In this document: piece after piece, positions 46,140-60,400 of the stretch | How positions within the stretch are numbered: the stretch's first letter is position 1 | How the letters are laid out: each line of letters begins with the position of its first letter | DNA from: the human T2T-CHM13v2.0 reference genome, Homo sapiens | Assembly: GCF_009914755.1 (NCBI RefSeq) | Contig: NC_060929.1 | Strand: one strand, 5' to 3' | Length of the DNA stretch: 64,000 bases | Translations under genes and position numbers: made by a program | Notes under the pieces: generated by a model | Told to the model about the DNA's origin: nothing | The model's database searches: none | The model's input: only the letters and a program-made list of their open reading frames with translations

Positions 46140-47679
46140 TTCCATTGCATGGATGAATAATTTGAGACACACAGAGGCAAAGCAACTTCTAAACCCCATT
46201 AATCTGGCCCCAAAACCAGTATTCTAATCACTGTGTTATAAATTCTTTTCAAAATTTCAGGTTCTCATTCTCAGAAAAAAACTACCTTGATGGAAACCCC
46301 CTATATTTTCCTGAAGGATAGGGAACATTAATTTATTTGTGTTTGTGTAATATCATATAGTATTCTCCCTATAGGCTTGCATTCTACTCAAATCCCCTAT
46401 ATAAATTGACAGATTAGTATGAATAAGATAATACTGTTTGTGTTAAGTACAATGGATTCAATATCTAAAAGGCTACATAAAATAACAGAGAGGAACACCA
46501 TGTAAATCCTCGCAGTCCCCTAAAGAATAATATAAAACTAGGAAATAAAATATTTAATAGATTAAAGTCTGAGCCCCTGAAAAATATTAGCAAGGGGTCA
46601 CTTGCTATATCTGTTCACTGCAGAAGGCCCCAGGGTGGTTTATGGCAGCCTGGGTTCAACAGTATCACATTCAAATAGATTATAACTAAATTTAAAACTT
46701 AAATAGTTTTCTTACTGTTTATCTCAGATACAGCAATATAAAAGGTGTTTCTTGCTATGCAGGGATCCCCAACCTTGCTTTTTTTGTTGTTGTTGTTTCT
46801 GTTTTTGTTGCACCCAAGCTATTTCTTTATCCTGGAAGCTTTCATAAAATTCTTAAATGTGAATTATTTTAGGTAATGTTTTATTTTAAAATACAGTAGG
46901 CCCCAGAGCACCTTTTGCTTCAGATAGGGGGACATGAAAACCAACTGCCATTGGGACCTTTGCTTTCAGAATTATTATGACAATCCTAAAGAAGTTGAGA
47001 CCACTATGAGTAAAATGCCAAGGGCATTGAAGTATTATATCTTCCTTTCTTGTGAAGTTTAAGCTTGCATAATATCTGTGTTCCTTGAGCTTGAATAACA
47101 ATTTTCTCATCTTCTCAACACCAAACGAGTGGTTCACCAAATAAAAAAACAGGAAAGGAGAACACAATACATTTTGTTAAATACTACATTTGCAAAAGAA
47201 TTTCTAAAACTCCTAAAATGATTTTAAGCAGATATGCATTTGGCTTTTAACTGTAATAACGTAGGTTGGAGTTATAGGCAAATGACAACAACAAAAACTA
47301 TAAACAGAATTTAAGGGCACAAAGCACTTTTTGCTTTAACTGATGTGGATTCAAGTGTGCAAAGCTTAGGGATGATTTTTCCTCGTTCTCAAGCACTATC
47401 ATCAGTTCCCGGGTCTTCTTCGATACAACTTTTTTTAAAAAAAATTTCATCCTTTTTGCTCATTTTTTTATTATTCTAAAAATTTTATCATACCTTTCCT
47501 ATATTAAACAACAACAAAACTACCATGTTTCAAGTCAAACAAGTATGATGATTTACTCCCTTTGAGGATAAAATTCCCAAAAGTACAGTCTAGATTTTCT
47601 ATTTTGCAAGATACAGGGTCTGCTCCACAACTTCACTGAAATATCTCTTTTAAATATAATTAATAACTCTATTTGTACT

Positions 47680-48880
47680 TCTTACCTCTTCCTAAATTAA
47701 GATATAATTTATATATAGTAAGAAGCACAGATCTTAAGTAGTTATATAATTTATATATTTTGTAAACCACATACCTATGTATATACAGTACATGTGTATC
47801 ATTCCAGAATATTCCCTCATATCATCTTCTAGATGTGATGAAAGAAATTAGAACACTTGCTACTACAGAGGACAGGGTGGTTTCTTTCATCATAGATTAT
47901 TTTTTTCCTGTTGTAGAACTTCAAATAAATGGAATCATACAATGCATACTTTCCTGTCTAGCTTCTTTCACTAAGTACAACATCTTTAAGTTTCATGCAA
48001 GTTGTTCTGTGTAGCAAGTTTATTCCTTTTTTATTACCAAGTGCTTTTCATGTCGTGAACATACTACAATTTATTAATCCATTCCCTTGTTTATGCACAT
48101 TTGGATTTTTTACAATTTGGAACGATTCTGTAAAGCTGCTATGAGCATTCTTTCACAAGTCTCCTTGTGAACACGTTTCCATTTCTCTTGGGTAAATGCC
48201 TAGGAATAGAATTGCTGAATCATAGAATAGATGTATGCTTAACTCTATAAGAAGCTTTCAAACCATTTTCCTAAGTGGATGTACAACTGTGTATTCTCAT
48301 TAGCAACATATAAGGTTCTAGTTACTATATCCTCCTGCCAATCATTGGTGTTTTCAGTTTTTTAAATTTTGATCATTGTAGCAGGTAGATAATAATATCT
48401 CTGTGGTTTTGATTTGCATGTTCCTGATATTTAAGGATGTGAACTACCTTTTCTTGATTTTACTGTCCCTTTGTGAAGTATTTGCTTAAGTATTTTGTCC
48501 ATTTTTATTCTGTTTAAAAAATTACTTAGTTGCAGGAAACCCCTCCCTCCTACCATATATACAAATTAATTAAAAATGGAATATGGACTGAAACATAAAA
48601 GATATCAAGACCATAAAACTTTGAGAAGAAAGTATTTTTTAAAGTTTTTTACAGCATTGCAGTAGGCAGACATTTCTTAGATGGGACTGAGAAACACTAT
48701 CCATATAATAAAATATTGCAATATCAGGTTTTACGAAAATTAAAAATCTCTGCTCAACAATTGTCACTATTAAAAAAATCAATAGGGAAGACACAGACTG
48801 CAAGAAAAAATCCACAATACATGCTTCTGACAATGATTTGTAGGCAGAATATATGACAAATGATCTTTTAATTATTAAAT
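47680..48880. mobile_element. Old L1 (L1M) fragments: - strand ~47680-48535, + strand ~48550-48880
   Basis: aaatggaatcatacaa...gctgctatgagcattc...taggaatagaattgctg (-); cataaaactttgagaag...aattaaaaatctctgctc (+). Confidence 0.65.
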
Positions 48881-48976
48881 ATATGGGCTTTTCATTTCTT
48901 CCTTCTCCAGTTTGGTTTTTCATATCCTTTGGCCCTGTTTGGCCACCCACTTCTTCTTGAAGATTACTTCTCTTTT

Positions 48977-49292
<316 letters not shown>

Positions 49293-49454
49293 TTATTTTC
49301 CTTATTTGCACATTTTAAACTCTCTTTAATTCATCTGTTTTAAGCTTTTTCACGGTTCCTCTTTGAATAATGTTCTGATGTCTTGTCCTACTTATCTACT
49401 CTTTTCAGTCTACACTTTTCCCTGGATGATCTAAATTCTTGCCACTTACAATGT

Positions 49455-49600
49455 GATCTGCCACCCAACAGCGTCAGCATCACCTGTGAGCTCTTTCGAA
49501 TTGCAGAACGTCTATACCAGGCCTATGCATCAAATCTGCCTTTTAACAAGATCCCCAGGTGACTCCTATATGTGCACATTAAAGCTCCGGAAGAAGCATT
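49455..49600. mobile_element. MER5A-like fragment
   Basis: cagcatcacctgtgagct...aatctgccttttaacaagatccccaggtga...attaaag. Confidence 0.65.
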
Positions 49601-52229
49601 GTTGTAATTTATATCTACGGTTTCAACTGTCTCCTCTGGTGACAGTTTCTACATATTTAGTTCATGCTATTCTCCTGTGGTCCAGATTTATACCTCAGTG
49701 TGCTAAGCATCTCCAGATGGCTGATATTTAAGTAGGTATGTAAAACACAATATGTTCAAAACAAACTTATTATCTTTCTCTTCTTTTATTTCCCTATCTC
49801 AGTTAATGAAGAGGCAAAGCCAAATAATGATTTCTCTTATAAAATAAATGACTAAATATTTTTTAAAATAAAAAGATTCTACTTAAAATAAAATGATTTT
49901 GCAATACCCAATTCTGTGACTTACAGGGCACAGCCTGAGTTGGTATGGAAAGACAAAAAATTAAATAAAATTTGTTGTGGTGAATAATAAATTGGGATAA
50001 TGTACATTAACTCCCTAAAAGAAAGATGATCATTTAGTATCTTTCATCCTCAATAATCTCAAAGTTTGAAATTGAAACAACTTTTTATACATGCAAACAG
50101 TTCAGCACCTCACAGGGAAAAGAACATAAAATGCTATATATTTTGCATATACCTGTTATATGATGTCAGAATATCATCAAGTTTTTATCCCATCAACAAA
50201 TATCTATCAACAAAAACTAAAAATAAAAGCAGCATTTCTACTCAGTTATTCCTAGTCACAAAAAAGCAATTCATTCCACTGGAATGAGAAAAGAAAATGC
50301 AAAAGATTTGATTTATATTATATAAAGACTAGAAATTACTGTTGAATTGCTGGACTGAATTATACACATCCCACAGGTACTGAGTTCAATGACAGTTACA
50401 TTTTTAGTGAAAAATATTTCATTCTCATTCCAGATGTCAGAGTGTCTTCACAGTTATGTCACAGAAGGTACTTTTTCTTACCATTTCTCTAAGGTGAAGA
50501 TACAAATTCATGCATCCCATTTTACTGAAGAAGAAATTTCAGATGAACTTTTGTGCCACCCCTAGCTCCTTTTTTTTTTAAATAGGCATTTTTGGTTGTG
50601 ATACTTTAGCCTTGTCTTCTGCTAAGTACATAAAATAAAATATCAGTAAGCATGACTGAAAGATGGTGGTGGTTTTCCCATTGTGTTTGTAAGTAATAAT
50701 CATGTCATTAATTAACATTTATAGGGAGCTTTTTTTGTGCCTCACTTTATGTTTCATTATTTCACTAAATCCATACAATAGCCAATGATGTTTAGAGCTA
50801 TTGGTGGCTTTCTTACCTTCTCACAGCAAGAGAAATTCTCCTTAGTATTGTTTAATTGCAAAGTCAATGTTATTCACCATTCCAACATGAGGGTGTAGAA
50901 ATTTGTCTACACAGTTTGCGTTCACATCTCTTATTTGAAGAAATAATTTAAAAAGAGGAAAATCTATCCCCTCTACACCTCTGGAGTGTCAATTTTCTGC
51001 TCTGTGGAGTCAGAAGGAAGGAATCAGTCAGAGAAACAATGAAAATGATGATAACTGTGTCTGTTCTATGGAAGAGAGGAAAATGAATTACTTCATGGCA
51101 TCAGGGTGCATTTGGAAAGTAAGGGCTACAAGAATTCCAGAAAGAAATTTTATTTTTGAGCAATGTGTGGATCCTCCCCCATGCCCTATGATTAGGCCAA
51201 GAAGTACCTGCTCATTCGTAGCAGGGATAGACACACACACACACACCTATTTCTGTCTAAGCTTCAACATTAGCGTGGACCCTCAAGTTACCACTTGTAC
51301 AACTAGAAGCATGAGTGTTTGCAGCTGGGAAAATGAATTTTTCACACATTGCTGGAGTCCTAACCCTGAGCAGACACAGCATCCTCCCAGTATACAAGTT
51401 TTCTGAGTGAAATCAGTGCTGCTGACAGGATCCACGTTTTCAATCTATATTCATCTACACAGCATCATATCTTCTTGGGAAGGGCATTGTCATACAGTTG
51501 AAGCTAATGTTCTGGCAGGCTTTTGTCTTGCTAGTCTATCATTACAATCCCAACTGAACCGGAAGGCCTCAGGGGTTTTCTGTTGCTCTCAGTCAATCAG
51601 AATGGCAGGTACCGACTTTTCATAACATGCTGATCCAAAGGAGGCAGTCACTGCATGGGGTTTCCGTGTTTGGCCTCTTTTCCTCCTTGTACATGAGAAA
51701 CCTGGAATAATTAATTGGAAAAAAATTGAGAAGCATTAGGTCTGCAGTATTTGACCAGGCTATGAGTTTCAATTAATGTTCATAAATTTCCAGTTTCCTT
51801 TCTCGCTGTTATCTAGCAAGCTGCTGCTAAAATTTAAAGTTCAAGAAGAACTTTCCCAGCTCTATAGCTGTTAACTGCATCTTCTTAAGGAGTCAATATT
51901 TAGATTTTGAGAGGGAAAAAGTGACTCTAATAATGCAAAATGCACATGGAACTGGTTAGATATATAAGACATTTTACAATGTGTACATTTTCCCCATAGC
52001 TGAGGCCTTCCTTTTAAGAGCTATTGCAAAAATTTTTATGAAAATTTTTATTATAGATTTAAAAAAAATTTCCTGCTTTCTTAAACAGAATATGTTGAAC
52101 ATAGTTTAGCTTTATTCCACAGGGCTCAGGAACATTATTATGAATATCCATTATTGTGTTATGGTATAGTGATGCTGTGCTAGGTTCTATGTAACGTAGT
52201 AAGTCAGATTTTCCTGTAGCCTATTGAGT

Positions 52230-52640
52230 TTCATTCATTCCTTTACTCACTGATTCATTCTCTCTGTATTTATTGAGTTCCAACTATGTGCCAAACATTT
52301 CTCATTACCTATCAGTAAATCAAAAGAGAAAGTGTCCTTGTTTTCTTAGATTTAGTCTAGTCTGAGAGCTGGGTGTAGATAGAATAAATACACACAAAAA
52401 TACATAATGCAAATCTAATACATGACAAGAAGATGAAGAGTTGGATGCCATCAAAGAAAAAGAGAAGACTTATCTAATTCAGATGAAAAGGGCAGGGAAA
52501 GATTCTGAGGAGTAAATTTTTTTTCCCATGAGATTTTCAAAATTAGGAATTAGCTAGAGTAATGATATGCGTGTGCAAAGGACAAGGATTGAACAAATGG
52601 CTCATCTGGCTGAAGCATAATAAGGAGAAAGAGTTTAAAA
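52230..52640 (-). mobile_element. L2 fragment
   Basis: ttcattcattc...tatttattgagttccaactatgtgcca. Confidence 0.6.
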
Positions 52641-55019
52641 GAATACTCATGAGGTTTAAAAGTTTCAAAAAAAATTGCCAACTACTTCCTCATGAGTGGT
52701 TTAAACATTTCAGAAAAAAAGTCACAAAATTATGAAAACATTGATACCAAAAAAGTTGACGTTTTAAGTATTAATGAGGATTTAGGTCAAATGCAAATAT
52801 ATTTTTAAAATTACCTTTATGTTTGTTATTTTTTATTAAGTTTTTTCTTAAGTTATTTGAGAATTCTCCATGGAAATTTAAATGAGTATGATGTGGGATA
52901 AAACAAACAAAATTATTTATGCCAATTGAAACGCCGATGTCATTGTTTCCCAGATTAACACTTCATTAAAACCTGGGAATGTCTATAAAAGGGATCTTTA
53001 AACAAATAAAATATTATTTTACTTACTACAGCATGTTGCTGGTGTGAGAACAGTTTGTATGTAAAGCAAATGGAATTATGGTTAATTAGCATGAAGTTTC
53101 GTTCAATGAATAGTGAGTGAAACTCAAAATAGTGGAAGTATCTATTTGGATTATTACTAAAATCAAGAACAAGATGATTTTCCCAAATGAACTCCCTGCT
53201 TTATTTTATTCCATGGACACAATTTTCTTTTGAAAAAAAATCAGAATTAAAATATCCTTAAATTGTGCTGATAATTCCCTTGAATTATTGATTACTTAAA
53301 TTAGCATGTAGAAAATATTTTACTTCCCTGAAATTGATTTTCTGTTGATTTTTTAAAAGGATGCATAAGATACGTGGATTGATGTTTAAATTCATCCTGA
53401 GCATTGAAATTCAGTAGCCAATTAATGATACTCAGTATGTGTTATTCATAAAATACCCGTAAAATTGATTATTAAAACCCAGAGCAACAGATTTTCATAC
53501 TGGAATGTATGTGTACTCAAGACAAAACTAATTCTAGTGCCTGCTAATGCCAGCATTATTAGAAAACCTTTTCCTTGTTTTACTTTTTGAATGTAATTAG
53601 AAATTTGCTTAAAAGTCCCCACTGATGTGAAATGTTAATATTAGTGCAATTAATGAAATGCTAATATTTATGAATTAATTTGTGAAAATCTTGATGAAAG
53701 GAAGCTAACCAAAATCATTTATGCAGAATCTACCAGAGGACACAGTTTGTCCTTGGTGACTTTCTCATTTTGCCTTCAGAATGTTATTTAGTAAAATAGT
53801 CAGTGATATTTCAGTAAATGTTTGGTTGAAAGGGCTCTTTAAGACAAAGTTAACACCAGCTTCTAACATAGATATATTAATTGGAAATATTAGAGATGAT
53901 ATTTCTCAGCCACTAACTCAGATGTGTAGGGGGAAAATGTAGTTTTTGTTTTCCACAATTTAACTTTGTCTTTATCTTGAGCTTCCATTCTTCCTGGTGA
54001 CCAAATACGTAGTTTCAGTCTGACCCATGTGGACTCCTTTATTTCAAGATTAAATGCAATTGATCCAGTATCTGTTCCTTCTACTCCATGCCGACCAGCA
54101 TCTCCAGGTGCATCTGATTTCCTGAACATCCTACTGGTATTTGCTCAAGCTTCCTTGTTCAGACCCATACTCTAACCACCAGGGCAAACTCTTTTCTTCT
54201 TTGGCGTCTTTGCATCATGTCTGAAATTTCTCCATGTCTGCTAGTTCTTAGCGTCACAGTGTCATCACCTTTTATTATACAAGAAAACAAATAGCATCCC
54301 CCCATGCCATGTGACATGGGTTGGGGCTGATTTGTTTAGGCATGCTCTATTCTTCCCAAGATGTTGGTTCTAGAAACACAGTGGGGTTTGTTGTCTACTA
54401 GGGCATATGGCAGACCATGTTTAACTTCAGCTCTCCTATTGCCTCACAGAGATCATAGCTGAATTAACTGACTTGGCAAATATTTTTCACATTTTTTTCT
54501 TAGTTTTGTCTGGATTTTGACTTTTTAAACTTACATCCACAAATTTGGTATCCATGGCAACTTCTCTTTGGGGCAATAGTGGCCTCTTGATGGATGGTTC
54601 AGGCAACCAACGAAAAAAATTCCTGATGCCAAAAGAGCAAATAGCTCCTTGGTCAATGCTTCACATTGACTAAAAATTTGCAGAAGAGAAACGAAAGAAA
54701 GGAAAGTAGGAAGGAAATTATGCATATTAGCATAGGACTTAGAAAGCAAGCCTTTGCAAATCCTTTGTGATAAGACCCCAGAATATCATTATAATTAAGG
54801 GTAGCCAAGGCAAAATAGCAAATTCAGGAGGATGCCTTCCATTTCCTCTTCATCCTATCTTGATACTACTCTTCTTTTCTTGCACAGTCTTCTCACATAT
54901 CCAAGTCCCAGCTTCAGAGAGTTCCCATGGATCTTTTTAACCTATGTTGTATTAACATCTCATTGTTTAAAAACCTTTCCTCCATTGACAGATGGCATAT
55001 ATATATTCACACACACACA

Positions 55020-55436
55020 TACACAAACATATGGAACATAATTCAGCCATTAGAAAAGAAATAAATCTTGCCAATTACAACAACATGGAGGAACCTGAAG
55101 GTTATTATGTTAAGTAAAATAAATCAGACAAAGAAAGACAAATCCTGTATGATCTCACTTATATGTGGAATCTAAAAAAGTCAAACTCACAGAAACACAG
55201 GGTAGAATGGCGATTGCCATTTCTACAGGGCTGGGGGATGAGGGAACGGGGAGATGTTGCACCATACTCATAATGTAAAAGGTAACTGTGAGGTGATGGA
55301 TGTGTTACTTAACTTGATTATGGTAATCATTTCACAATATATGCATCTATTAAATATTCACAGTGTACACCTTAAATTTAAGTAGTTTTATTTCTTAATT
55401 ATATCTCACTAAAGCTGAAAAAATTAAAAAAATAAA
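55020..55436 (+). mobile_element. L1MA/MB-type 3' end fragment
   Basis: caacatggaggaacctgaagg...tatgatctcacttatatgtggaatctaaaaaagtcaaactcacag...gtgaggtgatggatgtgtta..., A-rich end. Confidence 0.8.
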
Positions 55437-55659
55437 ATCTTTTTCTTTAAAATCTCTCTCTGAGGATTCAACCAATATGCAATGCTGCGTCAAATACACA
55501 TTTTGACCAGGGTCTTCTAGAGATAAACTCTTATCGCAAACATAGCTGAATTATTCTGAGGTACAAAACAAGATAATGATGGAGAGAATTCTATCGGGCT
55601 ACTTCGTGGACACCCCATGGCATAAGATAGACTGCCTCACAATTAATAGTTAAGATGTA

Positions 55660-55965
55660 GAGAATTTTAGGAAATTTGAAAGCAAGTTTATTATTCTTAC
55701 AAGGGATACCTGGGGAGAGCAGGGTGGGCACAAACAGATCCAGGCTGGCTTGGTCAAGGCAGAAGGAGGGGATTGAACCTTCATAGAGGTTAGGGGATAA
55801 GGCTGGGGGTTGGCTAGATTTGAATTTCCCACCGGGGCCCAAGGAAGGGGCATGTATGGGCTTTTTGATCAGCCTGTCCAGATGTGGGGCTAGCAGAAAA
55901 GGGAAAAGTGAGTCTTCAGAGTAAGTGGTCAAATGTCAAAAAATGAGGGTGGGTCTCTTTTTCAC
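55660..55965 (-). mobile_element. Old LTR fragment (ERVL-like, family uncertain)
   Basis: aagtttattattc (poly(A) signal on -); ends ...tctttttca (TGAAA start on -); GC-richer island. Confidence 0.4.
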
Positions 55966-56437
55966 ACTGATTTTTCCCTGCTATGTGGGAATGACTGGTC
56001 ATTGCCCAGGGGTTCCTTACTCCAGAGACCAAAGGCAGCTTCCCCACAGAATACATGAAACTGCAGTGAGGGGTGGTAAGAGACCATGATGATTACGCAA
56101 ATTTGGGGAATATGAAGAAAGCCAGGGTCTGGTTCCTTCTTTCCTTTTGTACCTATTTCCTGAGGTAGATCTGGAATTACACACAGGACCCCATGATCCA
56201 TAGATCCATCTTCTCTAAAGCTAAAATAGTAGAAAAGTATAAAAAACACTTTCATGCTTCAAACATGATGTGCTAATAGAGTAATATTTGTAGGGCAGGA
56301 GCAAATGTGTGACATTCACAATCAATTTTAAAATGAGACCTCAGTGTATATTCATTTATTCATTCATTCTTTTTTTAATGAATAAAACCATATCTACTTA
56401 TTTAGCCAGGCAGTTTTCTAGGTGTTGAGATACATGA

Positions 56438-56755
<318 letters not shown>

Positions 56756-58399
56756 AGAGTTTGCTTTTTTATAGATGACAGTTAAAAGAAAAAAGTACAA
56801 CTTCAATTCTGTTAAGTACTATAAAGGAAGGCCTAACCTAGTCTTGGGTACAAGGAAGGCAGCCCTTGGGATTGACGGTTTGTCTGAAACCTGAGGCATC
56901 AGCCCAGAAAGTCTTTAAAGAAGTCAATTCTGGGCACAGGAGTTCCCATTTTCTAATTTTAGTGTTTAGCCAGCACTATATTTAATTGGCCAGATAGAAA
57001 TAGGGCAAAAATTGAAATGGGCCTCTCTGCCTCTGTAATGAATTAAATAGTTTTCCATAGCATTAGCTGTAAATGACACTACTGAACTGACAATTTCTTT
57101 CTTGTTTGGGCTTCATTTAAACTTCTGAATGGTATTAAGAGGTTATTAGAGATTAATCTCCAATTAGGTATTCTGATAGCCCAAGAAATTGTCAAAGGGT
57201 CCCCATGGCCATACTTTTTTAGCATTAAAGAGATATTGAATTAATAATATTTTGCCATCTCTTCAGACCTTTAAACTCCTGTGACTGATGTCCAATCATT
57301 TAGCCCACTTAAACAGAATGTCACACTGTGAGCCTTCCATTCTGAATAGGTCACTGTAGGCTAGTGCTCATTAGTGTTGAGTGTGCGTTTCAGAAGCTGC
57401 AGCAGTCACTCAGCCCCCATGTTTTAAGATAATAAGTAGAAAATTGTTTTCTCCCAAATGGAAGGGTTATGAAGACAGTGCCATACGTCATTATTACTGT
57501 GACTAAAAAATGTTATCGAGGCTCTATAGTGCTGTATAATGCTTCACCATAAGGCTGTAAAATCATGTTGGGATGGTGAGTGAGGCTCATGGCATGGTTC
57601 CCAGATGCATCTGGAGTGCTGTGGACTGCACAGGACAGAGTCCAAGAGCCCAGCATCGAGAGCAGGAGGGGCTGGGCGAGGCAGCTGTGAGTTATGTGGG
57701 ATTCTCACCCACCAAAGCAAGACGTGAATGAATTAACCAAGTATTGGCAGTGAAAATTTAAAGCGAAAGGTCAGGAAGGCATTATCTGCAAAGAATCTCC
57801 CTTACTTTGTTCCATTGAAAAGTTATTTTCTTTCTCTTTTACATGTTTCTTTTTTAAAGCTTACCTCTTTACTAGACTATGAAAAGATATGTCATCACTT
57901 TGAAATTTATTTTTTAATTAACTTTTTCTTTTCCTCATCTGGTTTCTTTAATTACATTTTATGCACCACCTATGTGTATTCTAGTAATAATAAGACTTTC
58001 AAAGGTGTAGACTATAAGACTTAACTAGTAATTCTAAACTGGGAATTTCTAAGGCACACATGGTAGAAAGGATTCACATATTGATTAGAATTGGATGAGT
58101 TTTGTAAACATCTGTTATTTTTGCCTTGTAACGTTTCTCACCCTTCTGGCAGGAGCTCCTAGATTTTATTTTCCTTCAGGGAACTAATTTCACCCCTTAC
58201 CTCGAATTTATGGTTTTGATGGGACTGTCAGTAAAGATACATCACTTTCCTGAGCCAAGGGAGGATGGACAAGTGACCTAAGTTACACCAATAAGACTAT
58301 ATTCTTCTATATTTGAATTTTAAGCAGAGAGACACAAAGATGGAAAATGGTTTGCCCTGACACATTCCTGTGAGGAAAATGTAAGAGAGTGCCTTTAAA

Positions 58400-58491
58400 A
58401 AAATTTTTTTTTTAATTTTAAGTTCTGGGGTACACGTGCAGGATATGCAGGTCTGTTACATAGGTAACCATGTGCCACAGTGGTTTGCTGC
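58400..58491 (-). mobile_element. Short L1PA (older, L1PA8-13-like) 3' end
   Basis: ttttaagttctggggtacacgtgcaggatatgcagg...tacataggtaa...gtggtttgctgc; flanked by tgccttt. Confidence 0.8.
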
Positions 58492-59515
58492 CTTTTAATT
58501 TTTCTGCCTTAGTTTGCCAAAGCAGCCCTGAGTCATGTTCTTACCAAGATCTGGTTGTAAAAGAGATAGTCCTTTTACTTGGGGAGCTATTCTATGTCTT
58601 TCCAATATATTCAGTTTTAGGCAAAATTAGTTCTTTGGGCTGTAGTCTAGGAAAATTACCTGATTCCGTCATAACCAAACCTTCATCCAACCTGATAAAC
58701 CAAAGAAATAATTAGCAAAAAAATTAGCAATATAGTAGATATATTTGATTGTGTTGTTAGGGACTAATATGTGTTGGGAGGAGGGGGCCACTGAAAAATC
58801 AATGGGGGCGTTTGAATTTGGAAGGTCATAAATTATGGGCTTTGAAATTTGCTGTTTGATACAGTGTAATATAACGGACTAGGAGGAAAAAGAAAAAGGT
58901 AACCCGTTTTCTGATCTACTCCCATGATGTCTGCGGCCTTGCCCCATGACATCTGTGGTGGGTTTCGGTTGCCTTATTTACAAAGTAATGAGTGAGCTGG
59001 ATGATCTGAAGATCTTGTTTGGTTCTATGATCTGGTAATTACATATTTTTATTCTTTAAGCTCTAGTGAAATGTTGAAAGTTTTTGAGCAGAGGGATGAC
59101 AGTATAAAAGCCATGTTTTATGATAGATTAAAAAAAGAGACATTTCGGTAGTTAAAAATGACATAGAATATCTAAATTCTTCTTTACTCATCATCATTTT
59201 TAAGACAGGTTTGTGAAATATGTATGCCTTTAGAGCAGCAAACTACTTAGGATTGCTCGATGAAGTCAAAGGCAAGTTACTAGAGGAAATTCAGATCTAA
59301 CATTTGAGGTTCAAATATTATTTGAGGTAAAGAAAATTTAGGAAAAGAAATCCTAATGAATATGAAACAATATCAACAATAAAACTTGAACAAACTCCTT
59401 AAGAGAATATTCATAATTTACATGTTGATTGTCTAATAAGCAAAAGTAAATTAATTTTGATTTAATTGAAATTATCTTAAAGTTAGGTTGTATATGACAG
59501 TGTTGAAAAGTTGTT

Positions 59516-59795
59516 GGAGTCTCACTCTGTCACCCAGGCGGGAGTACAGTGGTGTGATCTTGGCTCACTGCAACCTCCACTTCCCTGGGTTCAAGCGATT
59601 CTCCTGGCTTAGCCTCGTGAGTAGCTGGGACTATAGGCGTGTGCCACCAAGACTGGGTAATTTTTTTTTTTTTTTTGTATTTTTAGTAGAGATGGGGCTT
59701 TGCCATGTTGGTCAGGCTGGTCTCGAACTCTTGACCTCAAGAGATCCACCTGCCTTGGCCTCCCAAAGCGCTGGGATCACAGGCATGAGCACTTC
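59516..59795 (-). mobile_element. AluS-like SINE lacking its A-tail
   Basis: Starts directly at ggagtctcactctgtcacc with no preceding T-run. Confidence 0.88.
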
Positions 59796-59879
59796 TCGTA
59801 GCCGAGATTTTTTTTTTTTTTTTTTTTTAACGCACCTGACGGGTCTCCCAGCCTCTAAACTACCCTGTCACCAATATAC

Positions 59880-60400
59880 TTTTTAAAAATATTTGTGTGT
59901 ATCAAATATAATACAGAGAACAGGCATAAAACAAAAATCAAGACTAAATTATCATAAAATCAACATTTATGTGTCTACTACTCATAGCAATAAATAGATC
60001 ATGACCTATAACCTGAAATCTCCTTTCTAGCCTCTTCCCATCACTACTTCTTTCTTACATCCTAACCATTGTCCTGACAAGTATTGTAATCACTTCCTTG
60101 GTTTTACTGTCTAATCACTGCTTAGTTTTACCTCTTGTTTTAATTTCATACAAACAGAAACGCATTACTTGGATTTTATTGTGCCTGGATTCTTTAACTT
60201 ACATTATGCTTGTGAGATTCAGCTGTTATTGTGGGGAGCTATGGCTCAATCATTTTGGGTGCTATATAGTATTTCACATATGGATATGCTATCCATTGAT
60301 ATTATAATAGATAAATAAATTGTAGCATATCTTTGTGTGGAATACTACACAGCACCCAAAATGACTGCTATTATAAATGTCATTTTACAAGTGACCTCTG
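59880..60400 (-). mobile_element. Old L1 (L1M) fragment containing a local inverted duplication
   Basis: cattatgcttgtgagattca...atagtatttca L1M-like; see the finding at 60250. Confidence 0.5.
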
